Source of the DNA: Candidatus Saganbacteria bacterium
GTDB taxonomy: Bacteria > Margulisbacteria > WOR-1 > JAKLHX01
Direction: 5' to 3'
Assembly: GCA_026387835.1 (NCBI GenBank)
Contig: JAPLKZ010000005.1
Coordinates: 1-32,000 of the forward strand
Length of the DNA stretch: 32,000 nucleotides
Shown here piece by piece: positions 22,663 to 31,072 of the stretch. Each line of letters begins with the position of its first letter. Position 1 is the first letter of the stretch. A model generated the notes under the pieces. It saw only the letters and a program-made list of their open reading frames with translations, made no database searches and was not told where the DNA came from. Position numbers and translations under genes: made by a program.

Positions 22663-23883
22663 TTGATTGTTTGTTTGTGGGAAAAAACCATGACACAGAA
22701 AGACAGAACTAAAGAAAGACTGATTGAAGAGATAAAGCTCCAGCAAAAGCGGATAGCGGAACTTGAGACAACAAACGCTGAGCGCAAACGGGAGGCTGAA
22801 GAGGCGCGCCGCATGGTGACGGTGGTGCGCGACTCGAACGATGCGATCACGATCCATGATTTTGATGGGCGGATCACCGCCTGGAACCACGGAGCCGAGC
22901 TGATGTTCGGCTATAGCGAAAAAGAGGCGTTGCAGATGACTATTTGGCAACTCGCCCCTCCCAATAAAGCGGCAGAGCAAAAGGATTTTAACCGCCGGCT
23001 TTTTGCGGGTGAAAAGGTCTACTCGTTTGATACCCAGCGGCTGACCAAAGACGGGCGCCTGCTCGACGTCTGGCTGACGGTAACGAAACTGGTGGACGAT
23101 GCGGGAAAAGTAATTGGTATTGCCGCTACAGAACGCGATGTCACAGAGCGCAAAAAAACGGAGAAGGAGAAAAAGGCCGCGGAAGAATCAAAGATCGCCA
23201 CAGAGATAAAGTCGAAGTTCACATCCATGGTCTCGCACGAACTGAGGAGCCCGCTCGCGGCCATTAAGGAAGGTGTAAATCTCGTAGTCGAAGGCTTGAT
23301 AGGGGATATCAATGATAAGCAGAAGGACATGCTTACCCTCGTCAAAAATAATGTCGACAGATTAGCGCGCCTGATCAATAACGTCCTGGATTTCCAGAAG
23401 ATACAAGCAAAGGGAATGGAATTTAAACTCCTGCCGAACGACATCAATGAAGTAGCGTCTGAAGTCGCCAAAACTATGAATGTCATGGCGGAAATCAAAC
23501 AGTTGAGCATTACAACAAACTTCGATGATAATGTCCCTAAGATCAAGTTCGATAAAGACAGGATCAACCAGGTGATCACCAATTTAGTGAGCAACGCGAT
23601 AAAACTCACCGAAAAAGGAAGTATCGTTATCGGTACAAAAGCGGAGCATGACGAGGTGCATGTAATGGTGCAGGATACAGGCCCGGGGATCAAGAACGAG
23701 GACATACAAAAGCTCTTTCAGCCGTTTGAGCAGCTGGACAGCGCAAGAGACAGGAAAAAAGGCGGCTCCGGGCTGGGACTGGCCATTTCAAAAGATATCA
23801 TCACCGCGCATAAGGGGAATATATGGGCCGAGTCTGAATTCGGCAAAGGAGCGACTTTTCATTTCACCCTGCCGGTAAAATAA
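22663..23883 (+). CDS. Cytoplasmic PAS-domain sensor histidine kinase
   Basis: The protein has a coiled-coil, then PAS (ITIHDFDGRITAWNHGAELMFGY), then the H-box SHELRSPLAAI, then an N-box and G-boxes (QDTGPGI, GGSGLGLAISK). No TM segment is present. ATG at 22690 (MTQKDR) is a more plausible start than TTG at 22663. Confidence 0.88.
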   Translation: MIVCLWEKTMTQKDRTKERLIEEIKLQQKRIAELETTNAERKREAEEARRMVTVVRDSNDAITIHDFDGRITAWNHGAELMFGYSEKEALQMTIWQLAPPNKAAEQKDFNRRLFAGEKVYSFDTQRLTKDGRLLDVWLTVTKLVDDAGKVIGIAATERDVTERKKTEKEKKAAEESKIATEIKSKFTSMVSHELRSPLAAIKEGVNLVVEGLIGDINDKQKDMLTLVKNNVDRLARLINNVLDFQKIQAKGMEFKLLPNDINEVASEVAKTMNVMAEIKQLSITTNFDDNVPKIKFDKDRINQVITNLVSNAIKLTEKGSIVIGTKAEHDEVHVMVQDTGPGIKNEDIQKLFQPFEQLDSARDRKKGGSGLGLAISKDIITAHKGNIWAESEFGKGATFHFTLPVK

Positions 23884-23896
23884 CGCGGGAGAAGTT

Positions 23897-24259
23897 ATGG
23901 CAAAGAAAATCCTGGTAATTGACGACGAATCTGATCTGCTCAAGGTCACATTGGTAAGATTAGAGGCGACCGGATATGAAGTGTGCGGCGGTGTCGACGG
24001 CCAAGAGGCGCTGGAACTTGCAAAAAAATATGCGCCCGATCTGATAATACTTGATGTGTACCTGCCCCTGATTAACGGGGATGAGGTCGCCAAAATATTG
24101 AAAAAGGATGAGGAGTTAAGGCATATCCCGGTAATTTTGATCTCCGCTACCACCAGATCTCTTTCTGAAAGAGCAGGGGAGAGCGGGGCGAGCGGTTTTC
24201 TTGCAAAGCCGTTTGAGCCTGAAGAGTTGATCGGTTTGATCAAAAAGATCCTGGGATAA
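23897..24259 (+). CDS. Stand-alone response-regulator receiver protein
   Basis: Receiver hallmarks are present: ILVIDDESDL, DLIILDVYLPLINGDEV and KPF. There is no output domain. Confidence 0.88.
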   Translation: MAKKILVIDDESDLLKVTLVRLEATGYEVCGGVDGQEALELAKKYAPDLIILDVYLPLINGDEVAKILKKDEELRHIPVILISATTRSLSERAGESGASGFLAKPFEPEELIGLIKKILG

Positions 24260-24279
24260 ATGAAAGGTCAAGAATCTCC

Positions 24280-26136
24280 CTACCCCTTTATTTCACCAAT
24301 GCCGTCAAGTTCCGCGATGAGTTTTTCAAGTTCGCTGTAGCCTTTGTCTATCTTTACCTGATGAACATGCGCCTGTTTCTGCAACCGCTGTATCTCCTGC
24401 CACTCATTTTTTGCGCTTGCTTGCGCTATTATCAGATTCAATGATTCCAAAGCGGTCTCTTCATCATCAATTGTCTTTTCAACCTCTTTTGTCTTTGCTA
24501 TTATTTGTTTACGCTTATTATTTATGTCATGTTCAATGCGCGGCGATTCATTCTTTGCCTGTTTTTTTGCCTTTTTCGGTTTTTTCCCTTCTTTTTCCCA
24601 GCCGGCATTATCCAAAAAGTCCTGATAAGTACCGTTATAGAACATGGCTTTATCTTCATTGAACACTATCAGTTTTTTTGCGAGATGATGCAGGAACATT
24701 TCGCTGTGGGTGACTATCACTACTGCGCCGGGAAATTCATCCAGAGCCGCTATCATGGAATCGCAGGATTCAACATCAAGGTGGTTCGTCGGTTCGTCCA
24801 GTAAAAGGATATTGGTCGGCGTCAGCAATATCTTCGCGAGAGACACCCTGCTTTTTTCCCCGCCTGAAAGGACCGATATTTTTTTTAATGCCAGATCGCC
24901 CGTGAACATCATTGCTCCGCACGTGCGCCTTATTTCCGTCTTGCTCAGGTCCGGCCTGAGCCTTGTCAGTTCTTCTTCTATTGTCAGTCCAGGATCAAGC
25001 CTCTCGATGTTCGTCTGGCCAAAATAGCCCATTTTGCAATTGGGATTATGGACAATTTCTCCTTCAACCGGGTTCAGTTCGTTAGCCAGCAGCCTTAAAA
25101 GCGTTGATTTGCCTTTTCCGTTCTTGCCGACGACGCATATCCTGTCTTTTTTTCCTATCGAAAAAGAAAGTCTTTTTATCAGCATATTGCCGGGCGTATA
25201 GCCGAAACTGAGATCTTCGACATTTATCAGATGAGATGAATGTGTTTCAAACCCGTTGAACCTGAAACCCAGTTCGGTTATTGTCGAGAGCTCTTCCTTT
25301 TTACCCATTTTGTCCAGGGCTTTTATCCTTGACTGCACAAGACTTGCTCTTGCCGCCAGGGCGCGGAACCGGTTTATGAATTCCATGGCTTCTTCCCTTT
25401 TTCTGTTCTCTTTTAACCGTGTCCTTTCATAGACTTCTTCTTCAACCGCGATCTGCTCAAACAGTTTTACGGTATCTCCTTCTATCTTTTTCATCTTGTG
25501 CCTGTGTATGCCTATGGTATGGGTGGTGACGCTGTTCATAAAATCCCTGTCATGCGTTATGAGCATCAGTTCGTTCTCCCAGTTCCGAAGGAACCTTGTC
25601 AGCCAGCGGATCGAAATGATGTCAAGATAATTTGTCGGTTCATCGAGCAATAACAGATGAGGCTCCGCAAGCAATACTTTCGCAAGATTAAGCCTTACCT
25701 GGAAGCCGCCTGAAAATTCAAGAGGGGACCTGTACATTTCTTCTTCAGAAAAACCAAGCCCGGATAATATCTTCTCGGCCTTCCATATCTGGTCCTGCTC
25801 CTGCGGCCGCAGCCCCAGGCAGGCTTCCTGCAGAACGGTCGGCTCGTAAAATCTGAGATGCTGTTTTAAATATCCTACGGTATAATTTTTCGGCAGTGAA
25901 AGATGCCCCTCATCAGGGGACATCTCCCCGGTGATAAGCTTAAATAGCGTGGTTTTTCCGGAGCCGTTCCTTCCTACAAGGCCAATTCTTTCACCGCTAT
26001 GGATATTGAAGCCTATATCATCGAATAGTGTCTGGTCCCCGAATGTCAGGGATAAATTGCATACTTGCAGCATATTATTAATATAGCATGAGCAAAGGTG
26101 CTTGACAGACAAAACCCTATCGAGGCAGTCACTCAC
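24280..26136 (-). CDS. ABC-F family ATPase (two ABC domains, Uup/EttA-like, C-terminal coiled-coil)
   Basis: Two Walker A motifs are present (GRNGSGKTT, GKNGKGKST). Two signature motifs are present (FSGGFQVRL, LSGGEKSRV). There are no TM domains, and the tail is Lys-rich and coiled-coil. The likely true start is the Met at 26073 (MLQVCNLSLTFG). Confidence 0.88.
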   Translation of the reverse strand: MSDCLDRVLSVKHLCSCYINNMLQVCNLSLTFGDQTLFDDIGFNIHSGERIGLVGRNGSGKTTLFKLITGEMSPDEGHLSLPKNYTVGYLKQHLRFYEPTVLQEACLGLRPQEQDQIWKAEKILSGLGFSEEEMYRSPLEFSGGFQVRLNLAKVLLAEPHLLLLDEPTNYLDIISIRWLTRFLRNWENELMLITHDRDFMNSVTTHTIGIHRHKMKKIEGDTVKLFEQIAVEEEVYERTRLKENRKREEAMEFINRFRALAARASLVQSRIKALDKMGKKEELSTITELGFRFNGFETHSSHLINVEDLSFGYTPGNMLIKRLSFSIGKKDRICVVGKNGKGKSTLLRLLANELNPVEGEIVHNPNCKMGYFGQTNIERLDPGLTIEEELTRLRPDLSKTEIRRTCGAMMFTGDLALKKISVLSGGEKSRVSLAKILLTPTNILLLDEPTNHLDVESCDSMIAALDEFPGAVVIVTHSEMFLHHLAKKLIVFNEDKAMFYNGTYQDFLDNAGWEKEGKKPKKAKKQAKNESPRIEHDINNKRKQIIAKTKEVEKTIDDEETALESLNLIIAQASAKNEWQEIQRLQKQAHVHQVKIDKGYSELEKLIAELDGIGEIKG

Positions 26137-26146
26137 ATATGGGGTA

Positions 26147-27439
26147 TTATTTAATTCCGCAGAACCTCAAAAAATTGCCGCCGAGCATATTTGAAACATC
26201 CCTCGCGATATCCTCCTCGGTGAGCGGAGTCCCTTTCGGTAATTTTAAATATTGCGCTGTAAGGACATCAGCGATGATCTGACGCGAATGTGACCATTTA
26301 TATGCCAGTTGGTCAAGCACGCGCGCGTCCGAATGCTGCGGTACAACGGTAGTTCCCGCAAGTTCAAGCCTCAAGGTAGTTATCCTTTCGATCTCGGCCG
26401 GGGTGTTAAGGAACCACCAGCATCCGAAAGGCATCAGGTTCGGGAATTTGCGGGCAGCGACCGCCAGCTCTCTCTGATTGGTATCGGAGAGCAGCGTGAC
26501 GAAGAACCTGACATCTGGAGTATTGCTGCAAAGCCGCTCGACGGCTTCAATGGTCGCACTTCCGACACCGTCCCCGGCTTGGCCGAGGATCGGATTGACG
26601 CCTCTTTTTACTCCGATCATCAGCGCTACGGGCAGATCCCTCTCTTTTGCCATCGGCAGGACCGCATTATTAAACATTTCCGTGATATGACCATTGTCCG
26701 TGCTTGTTTTGGTCAGTTCTCCTGAAGAAGGATAGTCAAAGTCCGGCGGAAGAGAGGCTGCAAGATATACCGGCTTCATTTTATCAGCCCAAGTTTCCAA
26801 AAATCTTCTTATACCGGTAAAATCATGAGAACCGGAGACTCCCATGACCTGTACGGCTTTGGTCCAATTTGTGAAAAGAGGGTCGACCCTGAGAGCTGTC
26901 ATGAAGCGCCGGTCAGGTTGAACTCCCTTTTCCCAGACAGCCCTTTCCTCGTCAACGAAAGGATCATTCGTCATTACAACACGGTCGATATTAGCCAGTC
27001 TAAAAATAGTCTCTATATGCCTTTCATATGGTTTGTTCCCGAGAGCCTTTCTGTATCCGGTCAGATCGGGCTGCCTTAAGTTTTGGCCTAACATGCTCAA
27101 TGTCGTCAGGACACCCCTGCATGCTTCGGATACGGGCGTATTGTCGACGAACAAAGTCTTGTAGATGCGATCAGCCTTCTGATCAATTGGAAGTCTGTTA
27201 AATGAAGCGATAGCCGAGGCGGTAACTTGAGACCGGTCTTGCAGGCCTATTGTCCTGAAATATTCCGCTTGCAGATAATGATATGTCATAAGATGATCGA
27301 TGCCCCATAAGTTCAAACTTCCGAAAGGCGGGCTGAAAAGGTGGGTGTGCATGTCGACCACTTTGCAGTCCCTGACCCGTCTTGCGATCGCGCTTGATAT
27401 ATCCGCCGGATGATTAAGAACAGCTGACCCTACTATCAT
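26147..27439 (-). CDS. TIM-barrel metal-dependent hydrolase-fold protein (amidohydrolase / glucuronate-isomerase-like)
   Basis: VVDMHTHLFSP...GIDHLMTYHYLQAEYFR resembles the HxH metal motif and N-terminal layout of the UxaC/amidohydrolase superfamily. The specific activity is not assignable. Confidence 0.5.
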   Translation of the reverse strand: MIVGSAVLNHPADISSAIARRVRDCKVVDMHTHLFSPPFGSLNLWGIDHLMTYHYLQAEYFRTIGLQDRSQVTASAIASFNRLPIDQKADRIYKTLFVDNTPVSEACRGVLTTLSMLGQNLRQPDLTGYRKALGNKPYERHIETIFRLANIDRVVMTNDPFVDEERAVWEKGVQPDRRFMTALRVDPLFTNWTKAVQVMGVSGSHDFTGIRRFLETWADKMKPVYLAASLPPDFDYPSSGELTKTSTDNGHITEMFNNAVLPMAKERDLPVALMIGVKRGVNPILGQAGDGVGSATIEAVERLCSNTPDVRFFVTLLSDTNQRELAVAARKFPNLMPFGCWWFLNTPAEIERITTLRLELAGTTVVPQHSDARVLDQLAYKWSHSRQIIADVLTAQYLKLPKGTPLTEEDIARDVSNMLGGNFLRFCGIK

Positions 27440-27474
27440 GATATTCTCCTTTTCGATTATTTGCTTACATTCTC

Positions 27475-27514
27475 TTGTCGAACGTTCTTTTTGAAAATTT
27501 CACTTAATTTTCAC
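27475..27514 (-). promoter_or_regulatory. ECF-sigma-like promoter motif (site A): GTGAAAATTAA-GTGAAAT-N16-CGACAA
   Basis: The minus strand reads gGTGAAAATTaagTGAAATtttcaaaaagaacgttCGACAAgag. The -10-like element lies 35 nt upstream of the ATG at 27439. Confidence 0.45.
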
Positions 27515-27539
27515 CGGTTCGTTTATCCTAAGCAAGGGC

Positions 27540-28148
27540 CTATTCAGTTTTGATCCTTAGCGGAAAAATAGTTATTGTTTCCCTTGTGATGCCCATCATA
27601 TCGCCGGGAAAGGACTCATGTCCCATGCCGGGAGCGGCATCAGTGCTTATCGCAAATTTTTCCAGCGAAACCCTCCTGTTCCTGCCGTCCTCGGTCCAGC
27701 TGACCGACTTTGCGTTAAGAGCTTCCTCCAATTCCCGTCTCCAGTTCGGTTTCTGATGCATCAAGGATACGTGTTGCGTGACCGCTGTCAGCCCGAAAAA
27801 TTCCTGATTGCCGGTTTTTTTTGTGACCGGATTTATTCTGCTGACCGTGCTGTAATAGGTCCCATACTGCCTGAGATCTACCGTTTCCTCCAGGGCCTTT
27901 CTAAGCAGAGTTAAGACAGCACCTTTTTCGGACTTGCTGAGAGAACCATAGTTTTTTGAGCTTGAGGACGACCCCGAGCAGCCGCTCAATAACAGCGGCG
28001 AACAAATGATGAACAGTGCTACTGTCGCGATCTGCGATGAGACTGTTTCCTTTGCCTCCGGCCTGTCTACGGGTTTTGCCGCTGTCTGGCGCTGCTGCGA
28101 GACATTATAAGCGATCCCTCCTGATATCGATTGCACCGTATTTGTCAT
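27540..28148 (-). CDS. Hypothetical membrane-anchored protein (internal lipobox-like LLSGC after a 40 aa N-terminal region)
   Basis: The hydrophobic segment VALFIICSPLLLSGCSGSSSSS begins ~aa 42, and no alternative start lies nearer to it. The ATG overlaps the stop of the upstream paralog (ATGA), which implies translational coupling. Confidence 0.6.
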   Translation of the reverse strand: MTNTVQSISGGIAYNVSQQRQTAAKPVDRPEAKETVSSQIATVALFIICSPLLLSGCSGSSSSSKNYGSLSKSEKGAVLTLLRKALEETVDLRQYGTYYSTVSRINPVTKKTGNQEFFGLTAVTQHVSLMHQKPNWRRELEEALNAKSVSWTEDGRNRRVSLEKFAISTDAAPGMGHESFPGDMMGITRETITIFPLRIKTE

Positions 28149-29113
28149 GATTTAGTCTCCTTACCAGCGGCTCCTGCGAGTTGTCTTTCGGCTTCCCTGA
28201 TTTTTAAAATCCTCTGTTCGCAACGCGCCTTTAGAGCAGGTGTAGCGTTTGACTGGCCATTTATTTGCTCGATAATATGAATACTATCGGCTACATTTAA
28301 CAGTCGTTCGAGAACATCTATATCCAGGAGGTAGCAAACTACTCTTGACTGCGCCCTCCGCACGCCGTCAATTGTCGCCTTAGCCCGCTCATTTTTTAGG
28401 GCGATAAGCAATAATATGTCATTTGATGTTTCTGGATGCGCAGCTATAAGGCCCATTGCTATGTCATCTTTGCAAATATTATAGATCCGCGTAATATCTG
28501 CTCCGGACAGTCCTGCACATAATCTTTTAAAAGCGTTGGAGTGGTCTTCCGGGGATTTTTCGATTATGCGCATCAATGTTCCCCTTCCGGCATTATCTGC
28601 AGAAGATAAGACTGCCAGCATGGGATCTCCGTCATTTAGGGACTCGACCATTTTCCGGATCTCACTATCAGCAATAAATGCTTTTATTGTTGCGAAAGCC
28701 GCCATTTTCCTTTGATGGTCTATCTGGCGATCCAGCATTACGGATACGCAAACATATTTCGGGACGATGCCGGCGGCAAGATAGGATGCGGCAATCTTAT
28801 TACAAGGCAATGACTGAAACGCTTGATCCCTTGTATTACTTTGTACGCTCATAAGCCTTTCAGTCGATATTGTTCCGGTCGTGATCCGCCTTATCAGCTG
28901 CAACAGGACATCATTTTGTGGAGCAAACGCTCCTGATCGCGCAACAAAATATTCCGATCTTGATAACCGGGCCAATGTCCAATTATTAATGAACGGGTCC
29001 GCCGCTTTGCTTATTTGTGATGAGAGCGGGTCGTGCACCCCCAAGAACCTTCCGTGGCCGAACATGAACTTTCCGAGCGTTGCGGTATGGCCGTATTTAC
29101 TGATCAGTAACAT
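28145..29113 (-). CDS. Paralog 1 of a three-member tandem family of unknown function (322 aa)
   Basis: All three members share the N-terminus ML.SKYGHTATLGKFMFGHGRFLGVH.PLSS...DPFINNWTL.RLS. They share the core ESLNDGDPMLA.LS.ADNA.R..LMRIIEKSPEDHSNAFKRL and IAAHPET. The RBS is AGGAGG. Confidence 0.7.
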   Translation of the reverse strand: MLLISKYGHTATLGKFMFGHGRFLGVHDPLSSQISKAADPFINNWTLARLSRSEYFVARSGAFAPQNDVLLQLIRRITTGTISTERLMSVQSNTRDQAFQSLPCNKIAASYLAAGIVPKYVCVSVMLDRQIDHQRKMAAFATIKAFIADSEIRKMVESLNDGDPMLAVLSSADNAGRGTLMRIIEKSPEDHSNAFKRLCAGLSGADITRIYNICKDDIAMGLIAAHPETSNDILLLIALKNERAKATIDGVRRAQSRVVCYLLDIDVLERLLNVADSIHIIEQINGQSNATPALKARCEQRILKIREAERQLAGAAGKETKS

Positions 29114-29128
29114 GAATGATCCTCCTTT

Positions 29129-30025
29129 TTACTTTCCTTTTTCCGCTATTTTTCTGTTGCAACGCGCTATGAGATCGGCGCTTGCATTCGGCTGACTTTT
29201 TATTAACTCTAGAATGTAGATGTTATCGGCCACATTAAATAGCCGTTCAATAACGTCCCCTTCAAGATGATGGAAAAGTAATATTGCCTGTGCCCTATGC
29301 ACTCCTTCAATTGGCGCCTTAGCCCGTGGAAGTTTTAGGGCGATATCCAATAATACAGTTTGCGGAGTCTCGGGGTGCGCGGCTATGAGGCCCATCACTG
29401 CCTTGTCTTTACAAGTAGTATAGATCTGACTTATGTCTGCTCCGGACAGTCCCTCACTTAGTCTTTTAAAAGCGTTAGAATGGTCTTCCGGTGATTTTTC
29501 GATTATGCGCATCAATGCTTTCCTGTCGGCATTATCCGCAAAGGATAAGAGTGCCAGCATAGGGTCTCCGTCATTTAGGGACTCGACCACTGCCTGGATT
29601 TCACCAAAAGAAAGAGATGCTTTTACAGTGTTGAAAGCCATCACTCTACTTTGAAGGTCTATCCCGGGAAGCCGTATCATATGTATGCAAAACGCTTCAG
29701 GGATGATGCCGCCAGCAAAATAGACTTCAGCAATGGTGTTTAAATACACAAGCGCTTGGTTTCTTAGAACCTTTGGTATGCTCATGAGTTTTTCGACCGA
29801 TATTGTTCCTGATTCCATACGCCTTGCCAGCTGTTTGATAACTTTATTTTGCACATCCTGATCATCCGACATTGACAGCCGTCTCAACGTCCAATTATTG
29901 ATGAACGGGTCTTCCGCTTTTCTTACGTTTGATGAAAGCGGATTATGCACACCCAAGAACCTTCCGTGTCCGAACATGAACTTACCAAGCGTTGACTTAT
30001 AACCGTATCTGCTGACCGATAACAT
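29129..30025 (-). CDS. Paralog 2 of the tandem family (298 aa)
   Basis: It has the same conserved blocks as paralog 1. A 15 nt spacer containing an RBS separates neighbouring genes. Confidence 0.7.
   Translation of the reverse strand: MLSVSRYGYKSTLGKFMFGHGRFLGVHNPLSSNVRKAEDPFINNWTLRRLSMSDDQDVQNKVIKQLARRMESGTISVEKLMSIPKVLRNQALVYLNTIAEVYFAGGIIPEAFCIHMIRLPGIDLQSRVMAFNTVKASLSFGEIQAVVESLNDGDPMLALLSFADNADRKALMRIIEKSPEDHSNAFKRLSEGLSGADISQIYTTCKDKAVMGLIAAHPETPQTVLLDIALKLPRAKAPIEGVHRAQAILLFHHLEGDVIERLFNVADNIYILELIKSQPNASADLIARCNRKIAEKGK
29879..29994. repeat. 116 nt tract identical to 30797-30912 (paralog 2 vs paralog 3 N-terminal coding region)
   Basis: I compared the two tracts base by base and found 116/116 identical. 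The flanking sequence is clearly diverged. Confidence 0.9.
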
Positions 30026-30040
30026 AAATGATATTCCTTT

Positions 30041-30940
30041 TTACTTTCCTTTTTCCGCTATTCGTTTATCGCAACGCGCTTTGAGATCGGGACTCGCATT
30101 AGGCTGATCTTTTATTAACCCGAGAATATAAACACTATTGGCCGCGGCAAAAAGCTTTTCAAGGTTGACTTCCTGCACGTAATGGTAAGGCACTCTTGCC
30201 TGCGCCTTACGCATTCCTTCATCTGATGCTTTAGCCGGTTTATTTTTCAGGGCGATATCCCATAATATTGTAAGCGGAGTTTTGGGATGCGCGGCAATCT
30301 CGTCCATCACAAGAATGTCTTTGCAGATCCCAAAGATATAAGTTATATCTCCTTCGGATAATTTTCCACTTAACCTGTTAAAAGCGTTGGCGCAGTCTCT
30401 CGGGGATTTTTCGATTATTCGCATCAGTGTTTTTTTGCCGGCGAAATCCGCAAAGGATAAAAGCGCCAGCAAAGGGGATCCGCTGTCAAGGGACTCGACT
30501 ATTCCCAAGATCTCACTATCAGAAATTATTGATTTTATAGGATAGAAAGCCGCTTCTTTCCTTTGATGTTCTACCCGGGGATTCATCATTATAGATTTGC
30601 AGGCATCTTTAGGTACGATGCCGGCGGACAGATAGGGTTCGGCAATGGAAGTATCAGGCAAACTCATGAACGCCTGGTCCCTTATAGCTTTATGTACGGC
30701 CGTAAGCCTTTCAACGGATATTGTCCCGGACCCGATCCTCATCACAAGCTGATCCACAACTAAATTTCTCACGATCAGATCATCAGATCTTGATAACCGT
30801 CTCAACGTCCAATTATTGATGAACGGGTCTTCCGCTTTTCTTACGTTTGATGAAAGCGGATTATGCACACCCAAGAACCTTCCGTGTCCGAACATGAACT
30901 TACCAAGCGTTGCGGTATGGCCGTATTTACTGACCAACAT
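30041..30940 (-). CDS. Paralog 3 of the tandem family (299 aa), first gene of the operon
   Basis: It has the same conserved blocks. Its RBS is AAGGAG. Its C-terminus ...NASPDLKARCDKRIAEKGK parallels that of paralog 2. Confidence 0.7.
   Translation of the reverse strand: MLVSKYGHTATLGKFMFGHGRFLGVHNPLSSNVRKAEDPFINNWTLRRLSRSDDLIVRNLVVDQLVMRIGSGTISVERLTAVHKAIRDQAFMSLPDTSIAEPYLSAGIVPKDACKSIMMNPRVEHQRKEAAFYPIKSIISDSEILGIVESLDSGSPLLALLSFADFAGKKTLMRIIEKSPRDCANAFNRLSGKLSEGDITYIFGICKDILVMDEIAAHPKTPLTILWDIALKNKPAKASDEGMRKAQARVPYHYVQEVNLEKLFAAANSVYILGLIKDQPNASPDLKARCDKRIAEKGK
30797..30912. repeat. 116 nt tract identical to 29879-29994
   Basis: See the partner feature. The 27 nt immediately 5' in coding sense (gcgttgcggtatggccgtatttactga) is identical to paralog 1 instead. 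Confidence 0.9.
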
Positions 30941-30977
30941 AAGTGGTTCTCCTTTAATTCATTTATCTTGCAAATAG

Positions 30978-31017
30978 TTATCGGCATTATTTTATGTAAA
31001 TTTCACACATTTTTGAT
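30978..31017 (-). promoter_or_regulatory. ECF-sigma-like promoter motif (site B): CAAAAATGT-GTGAAAT-N16-CGATAA
   Basis: The minus strand reads tCAAAAATgtgTGAAATttacataaaataatgcCGATAActa. The -10-like element lies 37 nt upstream of the ATG at 30940. Confidence 0.45.
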
Positions 31018-31072
31018 TTAGGATCCTATTTTGTTCGTGGGTGTAAATTGTGGTTTTGCTTTTATTAAAGCC

